Source of the DNA: Hyphochytrium catenoides
Lineage: Eukaryota; Protista; Hyphochytriomycota
Direction: 5' to 3'
NCBI GenBank assembly: GCA_900088475.1
Contig: FLMG01000368.1
Coordinates: forward strand, 162,822-226,821
Length of the DNA: 64,000 nucleotides
The notes under the pieces were generated by a model. That model was not told where the DNA came from. It worked only from the letters and a program-made list of their open reading frames with translations, and made no database searches. A program made the translations under genes and the position numbers. Positions 12,401 to 23,559 of this stretch are shown here, in pieces (positions within the stretch are counted from its first letter, which is position 1; every line of letters starts with the position of its first letter).

Positions 12401-15247
12401 TTAAATATAGAGACAAGATCCGAACGACGGGGTCAGATGGCGCTCTCCCTGGACACATGGGTAAGTCGTAGCTTACTACGGACCTGCTCAAAAGCATAGA
12501 TATCATCCTTGATTCTAGGAAAGCCAGTGACGAAGACGTTGGGCCCCCGAGTCTGCGTTATCGCGTATTTTAAGAGCTTAACTGCAGCGTCGGACGTGAT
12601 CCTTGATGCTGCAAGATCGTCGTCCGCCAGTCCATAGAAAGGTGAGCCCTGTTGAGCACTCTAGTGGAAAGTTGGCCATGTTAGGTTTCAAACACCAGGG
12701 AAAATTGGCAGTTGGGCAGCTTTACTTCTTTTAAGGCCAGGCGAACAAAGTCTATGTGGTGGAAGTCGTTGCAGACAGCCACTTGCACGCATTGATCCAG
12801 AGAAATAGCTCCCGCTTGAGTGGTCGCACACAAAAGATAGTACTTTGCACCGCCTGACAATATTGATACCGTGTTACGCCAGTGCTTCAAGAGTTGAGTG
12901 GAAGGAACTTGGCACATCTTACCCATTCTGGTCGCGCCAGGGGCCGGTCCTGTGGCTGACCGCAAGGTATCAGCCTTTTCGTGAGTAGGAAGCTTTTCTC
13001 GGACAGATTCTCGTGCTGCCGTCGATTGTGAGGGTACTGTGTGGTAAACGGGAGGCAAAGTAAGACATGAGCAGTGAAGGATGTGGAGGAAGGGCTCGAC
13101 AGTCCCCTCTTACACGCGGAATCGCTAGAAGTTTCTCTTCCCCGGTTAGGGTTATTGTTAATGAGCCATTCTCCTAGGTAACGTATGGCCTCTAATCCCT
13201 CTGGTCGAGTAGCAAGTAATTGACGTAGGCCAACCGCCAGCACTTGATGCAGAGTCTGCGGTCCTGCTAAGAAGAGTCAATACATGAGGGCTTATTGCTC
13301 AAACTCTGCGAGTTACCTGAAACAAAGCTCTGATTAGCTAACCTTGCTCCTAGATAGGCGACTGTCGCCAAGTTTGAAACCAGAGGGCCCGTGGGATACT
13401 GATCCCGAAGTAAGAAAGATACTTCCTTGGCGTAGCTACCCGGGCCCACACGATCAACGAGCAGCAGCGAGAAGTCTTGTCAATTGGTTTTTGAGAAACA
13501 TCAAGAAAGGAAGAATAAAGATCTACCTACCTGGTGCGGCTTTTGGTTGTGTAGATGTCCTCTTGGGGAAAGCAATATTGTTCGTCTGCATATTTTTCTC
13601 TGAAGAATCTCGCCAGTTGGGCCATGACTTGTAGAGCGAATGGCCGAGAGAAGACCTAGCAAGGGGAAAAGGATGAGCCTCATTTGACTTAAGCTCCAAC
13701 AAACGGAAGTACCTGAATCACGCAATCACGATCCCTGAAGGGTTGTAAATGGGTATGTAGCTGGGGAGAGAGAGATGTATGGATTAGTGCCATGAACAGG
13801 GTGGGCACAAGAAGCAAGTAACCTCGGGATCCACTGGGAGCAGGGCTTGCAGTTCCTCGGAGGTGAGGCAGATCTTGTGTTCAAGCTTTAGTTCGAAGCC
13901 CCAGATATCAGCTAGCCGCCTGAAGTCTAGGTACCTGGCATGATCATTGCCGATTGGCTGAATTACCAGTGTTTCCTCAGACTACCCTCAAAGCAAGACA
14001 AAGCGAGTGATGTTAATAAAGAAGGGACACGAAAGGACCCAAGCTATCCTTCTGGAGGAGGCGATAGAGTGTTGCATACCGGAAATCCTCGAGGAAACCA
14101 ATAGCGGACCTCGCGCTCGGCTGCACTCAAGCTTGAGCTTGCCGTGGCACAGTCGTGGATGTGGCTGGTTCCGAAGCGGCCCCGTACAGTCGGGAATGGC
14201 ACAGCTGCCTGTTCTTCCGGACTGACAGGTCCTAAGAGCTCCTTCCACTATGAGGAGGACACATGAAGCGTGATAAGCCTTACAGTTGATAGCACAGTCT
14301 AGTGTGTGGTGGTACACCTGCTTTATTGCATTGACTCCCTCCATGCAGAGCACCAAACAAGGCTTGCTGGTAAGATAAGCGAGAACTTCGTCGCATAGGT
14401 CTGCAGATGAGGAGTTCATCCTCAAAAACTCTTGAGCCTTTTCTCTGGTGAGAGTCTCTCGAAGCTGTACAACAACCATCAAGTTCCGACTCTGCTCGAG
14501 GGACAGGCAAAAAGGAAGCATGGGCAGGTAGCCAAGAGATGGGGAGATGTGTACGCGTGACGAATGTTAGTGGGTTACGACTTCAAAAGCTGCCAAATGG
14601 GAGCAACGGCACCTCAATGGCCTCCAGAACAGCCTGAAGTTTGGCAGGTGAAGCAGCAAGATGGGGTTTTATAAGGGCAATGGTTCTTTGCAGTCGTCCA
14701 GGGTCGTCCTGGATGGTCCTCACTTCACCAAAGAAAAAGTCAATCTCTCGACTGGCCTTGAAGGCTGAGGGGCTTGCATGAAGGGTTTTCTTGATGGCAT
14801 CCGCTCCGTACTTTTTGTTGAGCTTCTCAGCCAGTGCAATGCAGTCACCTAAATGGCAGTATGAGCGCTCGACTAGGCTCCCATATTAAGATCAAGATTT
14901 TCTTCATTCTCACCAACAGCATTGAGCTTCTGAAGTAGCAGGACTGTTACCGGGGCAGACGTCGTGAAGGTTACGAGGTCTTCAAAAGTGGGTAGGGCGA
15001 GCTGGTCACTGCGTGATGCAATAATATCCACAAATGAGACGAGGTCTGCTTTGTGAGATTGTAGAGAGCACTTGACTTACCAATAAAAGAGCTTAGCATC
15101 TCTCTTCGATAGTGTTAATATTTCTTTCCTTTGTATGGTGAAGCCCTGTTTGACAAATTCTGAGAGTATATTCTCACTTCTGTCTCCTCCCCCTTTATCG
15201 GTCGTAGCCCATGCTAGGGGCAAGATTATGGCGAGTGTCTTCTCCAT
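9413..15247 (-). CDS. Large NDK(x3)-Dpy-30-adenylate kinase-like(x~5) protein, probably axonemal
   Basis: NDK repeats: MEKTLAIILP..TLHASPSAFKASREIDFFF; LQRTIALIKP..AAEREVRYWF; EETLVIQP. Dpy-30 motif: LHQVLAVGLRQLLATRPEGLEAIRYLGEWLINNNP. AK-like repeats contain GFPR, GFPY, RFPS, DFPR and GFPV. The junctions I checked from NDK2 to AK1 splice in frame. Confidence 0.8.
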
Positions 15248-15923
15248 AGTGTTCTTGGCGGTGTGCTTTAGATAGACCTTCAACTTGTCATAAGGACGAG
15301 ACTACCATCCTCATTCCTTGACTGGCTTCATCTCTGTTCTGTCGACATGGAAGAAGATCCTCCTCACTGACCTCTCCGTTCGATGGCTGTAAATCTGTGA
15401 CTGCCACGAAAGGGCCGGGGTAACTAGAAGCGGCGGGGGCAGGCAGCAGGAGGAAGTGATGGAAGGAAGCGCCCGTCTGGTTGTCAGCATCTCCAATCTC
15501 CATGGACATTCAATTCGGTCTCTTGATGTCTTTGATGTGTTGGTCTTGGGTGTCGTTTCATCCCAACTCAACCCAAGCAACTTTGATTACCGCAGGGGAC
15601 CAACTGTGATTATATTGACTTAGTTATCGATCGGAACCTGACAAGCAATTGACAAGGAAGTACTCGTACTCGCTCTGATGAGACAGACACAGAGGAGCTT
15701 GGAGCTTGGTGCAGGATGCTATGAATCTCCATCTCAAGAGGCCGATGAAGTTGAAGCTCTATCGGATAACCTATGGCAGCTCACAGATGTTACAATGAGC
15801 ACAATGTTGATCTACCGTCATCATCGGAGCTGTCACACCCCTTGAAAGACGGTATATGAAGGTTTTGCAAGGGGTCCTTCTTTTGAAAAAGCTAAAGCCC
15901 GCTAAGGGACGGATTGAGGCATA

Positions 15924-16476
15924 ATGGGAAAGTTGAGCAACATGCCAAAGAGCAAAGAGACCAATGGTAGATTTTCTACTATCATGATCTTTGCCTCGGC
16001 TCTTGCCTTTCGAGCCATTATCAAGGTAGCGACTCTCATGCTTATATACTCACTGCTATCCAGCTAAGTTGACTCATCAGAGTATACTGGGTAGCGGTCT
16101 GAGCTTCGTCTACATGGGAGCCATGGCTTTCTGGTACTGGCAGTCTCAGAGACAGCAGAGGGTCTCAGGCACCACGATCACAGAGTTACAAGTCCAAATG
16201 ATCAGGAGAATTAAGGGGACTGGATTGCCTCGTCGAGAACGCAGACGGAGAGCAGGGCAGAGCTTGTTGCCGGGGCTTAAGAAACCAAGTGCAAGAGCGC
16301 CACTCCATGAAGCTAATAGGACTATTCGGAAGAGCCTCCGGTCAACCAAGGAGGACTCTTATGCATTGCAAGGTAAATGGCAAAAGGAGTTTGAGACAAA
16401 GATTCGGGCCATGCCAGGCATCCTGACCTACGCATCGTACCAGAAGTTGCAGGTGTGTATACATGATACGGTATAA
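15924..16476 (+). CDS. Hypothetical protein with N-terminal hydrophobic segments and a basic C-terminus
   Basis: MGKLSN..IMIFASALAFRAIIK|SILGSGLSFVYMGAMAFWYW is joined in frame by a GT-AG intron. Confidence 0.55.
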
Positions 16477-16696
16477 TGCACATAGTTGGGACGATAACCT
16501 GACATCATTTGCTATCTTCCGCGTAGCCAGTAAAAGTCCTCCCTCTGCAAGCGGCTTGAACTCTCTCACTCTCCTTGGAGTAAACCTTGTCTGTTGATGC
16601 TTGCGGAGCCCTTCAGATGCTTGGTTGCCAGGGGCAAAGAGCTGATGGAGCAGAGAGTTTCCTCCAAGTAACACCGCAACTAGTCATCTAAAGTGA

Positions 16697-18126
16697 CTAT
16701 GGAAAGATGGCAGTACATATGTGATACAGGACTGGCATCACAAAGAGCATGCTGTCAAAGCGATCGAGCACTCCACCGTGTCCAGGAAAAAAAGACCCGG
16801 AATCTTTGACTCCTTCAAGGAAGCCTCTCAGATGGGTGAAGGTCAAGATAGCTGGCGCAGATTTAGTCTCACCTGCTACACGCTTTACATATGACTCCGT
16901 AAGGTCTCCAAATATCGATGCTAACTGGGCAAGGCACCGAGTGAGCTTAGCCCAAACGGGGTTTGAGTGCATTTGGCAAAGCTCTTACCCCAAGCGCTAG
17001 ACCTATGACGCCGAACAGTTCTAATGGAGCCCCTGGCAGGATCTGATATCGAGATGACTCTACACATAGCCGCTTTTAGGTTCCTCGGAGCTCGCCCGTC
17101 AGGAACTGACCACTGGTACCTGAGGCGCAAAGAGCTCCTAACGCTAGGGCTGTTAAGGTGCTACTTAATACACTCCCGCCAACTCCAGCTACTGTCTTGC
17201 CGGGGCTGACGTTCTGTGAGCGAAGTCCAAGGTTATGCGATGGGGTGCTGGCTGGCCTGTGTGATACTCACCGGGATTAGCTTGACGCCACCCAGAGCTC
17301 TTCCGAAGAGAATACCGCCGTTATCCGCGTTCCACATGCAGAGGCAACCGAGAACCTGGGAGCCAGAAGGGAGGACTGTCAGGTGGAACCTCTCCGGCGA
17401 GATCAGGGTGTATATCAGCCATAAGGTTCTTTATATACCTGATAGCCAGGGCCAAAGGGGCCCAAGTTTCGGAGTCTTATGGCAAAGGTATAGCCCCTAA
17501 CGCATGTTATAGTGAGTAACGGAGCCCATAGTACGCATTAAGGCGGCACTGGCACTAACCTTACAATGAATGCAAGGCCTAAGAGATCTAAACCGAGCGC
17601 CAAGAAGCTCGTAACACATACACGGTTGCCTGTAGCATGATGCGTTTGTTAGAATCCTTGTTGTCGAGTCTTACAAATACAAGCAATACCGCTATGCTTG
17701 GGCAGATAAACCACATGGTAGAGGAACGTCAGCAGCCAGGACAGTGTCTCCACTGTTTCTACACAGCCAAAGCGTTTGGAGCGTCTGAGGTTAATACTGG
17801 CATTTAAGGATGTCGGCACACTTGTTCAAGCGCCCACCATAGTGCTCTGGGGCTAGGAACGCAGCCGATGACAGGAGGGCAGCCAAAGCAGTAATTAGTC
17901 CTAGTCCTTCACTCTGCCTAATGGGTTCGTCCTTGCTTAGGCCCTTGGCATTCGTGCCTTGAGCTTTTTGAAGAATTCCAGGACAGATGTTGACTTTATA
18001 TTCATACAGCGACAGGAATAAGAAGAGTAGTACAGCAGAGAAGGAGAGACCGTGACTCTGGAGGATCAGCACTCCCGCGGGCATCCCAATGACAACCGTG
18101 ATAACCCGCTTGCCCCAGTCCGTCAT
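16697..18126 (-). CDS. cdsA: Phosphatidate cytidylyltransferase (CDP-diacylglycerol synthase), CdsA-type
   Basis: [18 protein letters not shown] and the signature [33 protein letters not shown] after splicing. Multiple TM segments. Confidence 0.92.
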
Positions 18127-19177
18127 ACTGCCTGGTTCACCTAGCGCGTTTTGAAGGTTGTGGCACTTTTCACTATGCTGTCGGGTCTTTTAAAGATAGT
18201 ACTTCGATTGGCATAGAGCAGGAGCACGTCATTGCGTTTCGAAGGCCAAGCAAGCAGTCGGTAGGGAACCTATCAAAAGTGCCTCCGACGCAGAGTTGGG
18301 CACGATCCTGGCTGCCTCCGCCGTGGTCGCTCTCTCATGTTTGGGCGATAGGTGACGGGTGACGGGAGATGTGAACAGACAAAGACAAATGATGTTGCTT
18401 TTGCTGCCAAGTCCTCCCCCTGGAGTGGAAGACCAACCCAGGACCCTGATCGTCAGCATCAACGGACAAGAATTCCTTGTTGACGATCCGCGCCTGGCTG
18501 TCGTGTGGCGGCTTGCCATCAAAAGATTCTTATTAGAAGTTTACAGGCAACAATGCTTCTTCAATCTGCCAGGCCAATGAATGATGGGTCTAAACTGAGT
18601 TCTACATTCTAAGCAAAGAAAAGTCAATCTGCGGTCCTTGGCGGCCGGAAGATCTTTTTATGGAGACGGGTACTTTAGTATACTGCCATAACCTCCGCTA
18701 CTCCTCTCCTCTGTAAGCAGCCAAGCAGCGGCTTCGGATATCACCACTAGGAGGAGCGTTACCATGGACTCCGCTGAATTCTCGATTTTGCAGATGTTTC
18801 CAGCATATGTAAAGGATGGTCTTGACTGCCGTCTTGGACATTATGCCTCTTGTCACGACTCTTTCCCTCCTCTACGTTGCCTTTACACAGTGTATAAACT
18901 CAGCAAAGGCAACCTCTTATCAACATAGAGGTGAGGCTCACTTATTACCGATGCCCATCTCAGATTCTCAGAAAGCTCACCCATCGGTGTCGCTCTCCTT
19001 GCCCATCTCAAGGTCCCAGAAGTAGTAGGCAAATAATAACTCATTGATTATGCTAATTAGTGGTTTGTAGGAGTCAGCAGGGGTGAATTTAGAGTCTTTT
19101 CTCTTGTCCCTTTGACCCGTCAAGGCCTCTGAGAGTAATACCGAACGCTTCTGCTCACGCTGTCACATAAGAAGTTG

Positions 19178-21765
19178 CTATCGTTTCATGTTGTTCAATC
19201 CGGCTGGTGGCAGGACCGCACTGGCCGGGACCGGAAGGAGCCGATGGGGGAACACGCTAGAGGTTAGCTTCCCGCCGTGAGTGGGCTGTGCTAGCCTCCC
19301 GCCTTTGAGGGGATTCTTTCTTGAGGGTATCTTCAGGTCCGATACCGTCAGTTTACCCCTACCTTCTTGCATTCGAAAGCTGTTATGCCCCTGCTCCTCA
19401 GAGTCATTCCGTCCGAGTTCCTGGAGATTACCCTGCCTTTGTCGTGCTAACTCCTCTTCGTCAGACTTCTGGATGCCATGCTGTTTCTCTCGCCTGAGAG
19501 GGCTATTGCCTGCCGACTGTGGCTTACTTGACCGTGGGTCATCAGGTGAAGCGTCCCCCAGTGGCTCGTTCGCAAGTGGCAAGTGGGAGTTTGCTCTGAG
19601 TATTGAGGCCTGTGCTGAGAGAGCTGATAGGCCTTGCTGCTGTCCCATCTGCTTCATTTGTCTTTGTCCAATTGGGGACGCTGATGGGGAGCGCCTAGGA
19701 GATAGAGAAGGCTGGACAGTGCCAGAAGGTAGGTCATTGAAGAAGAAAGGGTTGTCTCTTTGGTCCATGAGTACAGTCTGTGGAACGTGAATAGGTGAAG
19801 ATGGAGGCCGCGTTCCCGGCTTATCAGGGCTCCCGTTATGCGTAGCCACTTCACTCCCGTTAACACCTGTTGTCACGGATAACCCTCGGCCGAAGCGTGA
19901 CAGTGGTCTATCGAGGAGTAGAGAAGGATCAGAATTGTGATTAGGTTGATGGTCTATGGGCGTTACTGGAGTCACTTTGATGGGGCCTGAGCGTTCTAGA
20001 CTTTCAGATCTCGGTTCATGCTTCCAGAGCTGGTCCTCAGCTACGTTAAAAGCCTTGTGAGGGATAATGCCACGAGCAGGAGACCTAGGATGATCTCCCT
20101 TAGCCTTGTGAGACAAGTTCCGCCTACCCGCCCTTCCTCCGTTTGCGTCATGAGCATCCTGCCTGGGGCTAACCTTGAAAAGCTCATGGCACCGCAGAAT
20201 AACCTCTGATGTCTCTTTCTCCCTTTGCTTTTCTCGGCCTAATCGGAGCTTGGAGCTACTGATAATAAGTTGCAATGTGTTGGTTCCTTTCGCCGCTACT
20301 TGGAAGCTTTTTATATCCGAATAGAGCAAGACGAATGCCTCCACAATGTTTGAGCTAGCCAGCACTCCGTGACGCAAAGGCAAGCCTACTTGGGCTAACG
20401 CCTCACCACCCACCACTTCTCCTGTAGCGATGATGGCGACCTCAGTCGTTGCTCCTCTGTAATCTCGGCTCGTCGAGCTCCACTGGGGAAGACGGCCGTT
20501 GACGACGGTCGTTAGGCGGTTAATGACGGACTGTCTCCGTCGAGGTCGTCCTAACTCTTCTTTGACTCGCTTTAGAACCGAGAGGTCTGGTCCTGGGAAG
20601 TCTTTATCGCGCCCGTTCGGGGGTAAGACGCGCTTGACAATCTTTACCTCACCGGATTTAATGAAGATGATGTTAGGTGTCTTGTCCCCTTCCTCAAGCA
20701 AGGGATCCCCAATGCTATACTTTCGTTTGGAAAGCAGCCGTGCCATTGTGATCAACCGATGATGCGGCCATCCTTTAAAGTATTTATTCTTCGACAAAAA
20801 GGAAGTCTTCTCCGCTGCAAAAGTAGTGCGAAAAGATAGAAGCAGCATCAGGACAGGGTTCCGACAGTCAAATGACAGTGACCGAGCTTCAATGCCTCAC
20901 CTTGCTCCATGGCCTCCACATGATACTGGGCAAAGCTTCGATGGTATAGCTGCTTTGGAACTGCGATCATCTCCACGAATCCGTCCGCGACAGCTGATGC
21001 AGTACGCCGAATGCCGTCTTCAAATAGCGCCACTTCTCCAAAGCCAGCCCCGGTGGGCACTGTGGCAACTCTTACACCTGCAGGCGGCATCAATAGACAA
21101 CGGTGGAGTCACTGGTGGTCAAAAATAGTTCATTCCAAGGTCACCCGTACAACCCTAATCCTAACCCTACCTACCGAGGTAATCGCCTTTGAGGTCATTG
21201 TTCGCCGCAGCTTGCTTACGATCAGCCTTCAGTTCCACCAGGGAGCTAACAGGAGCACCGGCAAAGATGGCGACCTTGCCTGAGAAGATAATATAATAAT
21301 GGGTCCCAAAGTCACCTTGAAGAAAGATGAGATCGGCATCGGAGTAGGAGATGAACTCCATGTTCATGAGGACATCGTCCACAGCGCCTGAGTCAGTGCT
21401 TCTAAACGTCTTGGACTGCATCTCATAGGCCCATTCTTTAAGCCGCGCTACTTGCTCAAGGGTGCGCTGTCCCGGTATCGATTCTTGCAGTGCTTTCCTA
21501 GCATTTTCAACTATGGCTTCAAGCCTCTTCTTCTCCGCCAGTTCGCGCATCTGCTTGGTGAACCATTGCCAGCGGATAAACCCTTGCCTTTGATTGGCAC
21601 GTACCAACTTTCGGTGCAAATTCTCAATGAGCGAACGCTCATGGAGTCCAAACTGCTGCGACATTATTGGGATGCTTTTGCAACTAGTCGTGGCGACGTG
21701 ATTCGACACGCAGTGCTGGCTAATTATACCCTTTGCAGAAGGAACTCGTTGTCGGTGCTATTCAT
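19178..21765 (-). CDS. Tandem cyclic-nucleotide-binding domain protein with a long disordered tail (CNBD-like)
   Basis: IFLQGDFGTHYYIIFSGKV..FGEVALFEDGIRRTASAVA, then a second degenerate CNB (LLEEGDKTPNIIFIKSGEV). The first exon MNSTDNEFLLQR splices in frame. Confidence 0.82.
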
Positions 21766-22760
21766 GCTTATGGCACAGCCCCATGGCCCCATGCTCATAA
21801 TGCTCCGAGATCGCTGTCAGCCGGGAGAGGTCATTGCAGGGGAAGTAGAAAAGTTTCCCTCCTCTTGCTTTCTTAGTGAATGTTGACTGGGGGAGATTGC
21901 AGTGACCGTATGCGCAGATTCAGTACAGATGGTTTGTTAGTCAGAAAGAGTAAGAAGACTTTATTATTAGAGAGCAGACCGTGGAATGCAGCTCTAAGCC
22001 GCTGGAGAGGCGGCAGATTCGTAGACCACAGGCGGTTGCTTACAGGAACGTTCTCCGTACGAAAGAGAGATGCTCCCAGGGAAATCAAGGTTTAGAAGCG
22101 GGTTCAAAGAATTCTGGTGTGAAGAAAAGAAGGTACTTGTAGGAATAACAGCTCAGCGTGTAAGAGAAGGACGCCTGGGGGAGACTGCCGGAAGCGTATG
22201 CACAACTCTGCTGGCTCCTGGAGGAGATAGGGAGAGGGATGGGGGAACAAGGGAAGAAAGCTGGTGGTGGACATGGAGACTCATCAGCAGGCTTTACCGA
22301 GAACGAACGACATCAATGGAGGAGGAGGACCAGCCAATGGAGCGAGGAGGAAGAAGCGGCAGGGCAGAAGTTAGGGCGGAAGTAGAAGAGAAGAAGGAGC
22401 ATCGCATGGGGACGGGCACACGCAGGAATGTAACCGACAGCTCCTCTCTTCTTCTTTCTCCTCCTTTTCCTCTCCCGCCTGCTGTACTACAAAGAACTTG
22501 ATAGAACTAGAACAACGGTAGTACTTGTAGTAGTTAAACAAGCGTGTGCTGCACTGCTGTACCGCGGACATGACACACCCTAGCTTATCAGGAAAACAGT
22601 ACTGGGCTATAGGGTTTATATTATCCTTGAACTTTATAAGAACCTTCGGACACAGCAGCAACATGTGCGTACACCGCTGTAAGTGTGAGCCCTGTACAAG
22701 GAGGTCAGTATTCATACTATAGGGGGTTATGTGTTAGCCGCAGTTACTCTATTCCGTGAA

Positions 22761-22834
22761 GCCAGCGCAAAATTGCGCTTGGTAGGTGTTGCGCTGAGCG
22801 ACATGAAGTCAAGGGTTCAAATCACTCCTTGGCA
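22761..22834 (+). pseudogene. Degenerate tRNA-like sequence
   Basis: 74 nt with partial GCCAG.../...TTGGCA acceptor pairing, a TTGGTAG D-loop-like motif and a GGTTCAAATC T-loop/B-box. The stems are imperfect. Confidence 0.3.
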
Positions 22835-23559
22835 TAAGAATAGTGAACGATGATTAGTTGTCACCGCCTGTCTACTCTTTGGACAATTCTCGCCCACCTT
22901 GTGTGAGGCTTGAAACCTGGTGACAATGAGTTCTCTCTTTTTGCCGATGATGGAAGCGTCAGGCCACAATAATTTTGAGACGCAATGATATGCATATTGT
23001 TCTATGAGTAGCTCATAGATTCATCCTCACTCGTAGACTCGTAGTTCTTTAGCTAGTTCTTTACAAGGTGTGGATGATGGCATGAACTTCACCAGCAGCA
23101 GAATGAGTGCCTTTTTTGCTGTTATTAGTAGGGGTAAGAGCTACAGATGTGTTGCCCCACAGACAGTAAACAGATGGGCGGCAGTTTGTTGTTCCGTATT
23201 AGTGTTATGAAGACTCTTCATCTTTGGAGGAAGATTGATGGACGACGGCGCATGTAACTACGACGACCTGTGGCTTGTTTGGCGCTGAGAATAGATGCAT
23301 AACAGCCTACCAACTGCTGTCTCTCGCAGACGGCCGCGAGTTTGCCAGCAGTCAGCTTTATGAATAAAATTATCTTCTTCTTTGTCCTTGGCGAAAGTCA
23401 AGGCTTTCTTACCCAGGATACCGTCTCCTTCAAGCATCGATGGCTGGGATGTCCTAAAAGCTTTACCCTCCCTAACCTTGGGAGTCCCTTGGCCAGAAAT
23501 AAATCATAGCAAGTTCTTTTATGATGAAGAAGGGCCGTAGCTCGTACTAACTATCTAAG

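Noticed and set aside
18229-19025. Short ORFs between cdsA and the CNB gene
   Set aside because: No recognisable motif or convincing exon chain.
21873-22715. ORFs upstream of the CNB gene, including a 143-aa ORF
   Set aside because: Purine-rich low-complexity promoter/UTR sequence with no family features.
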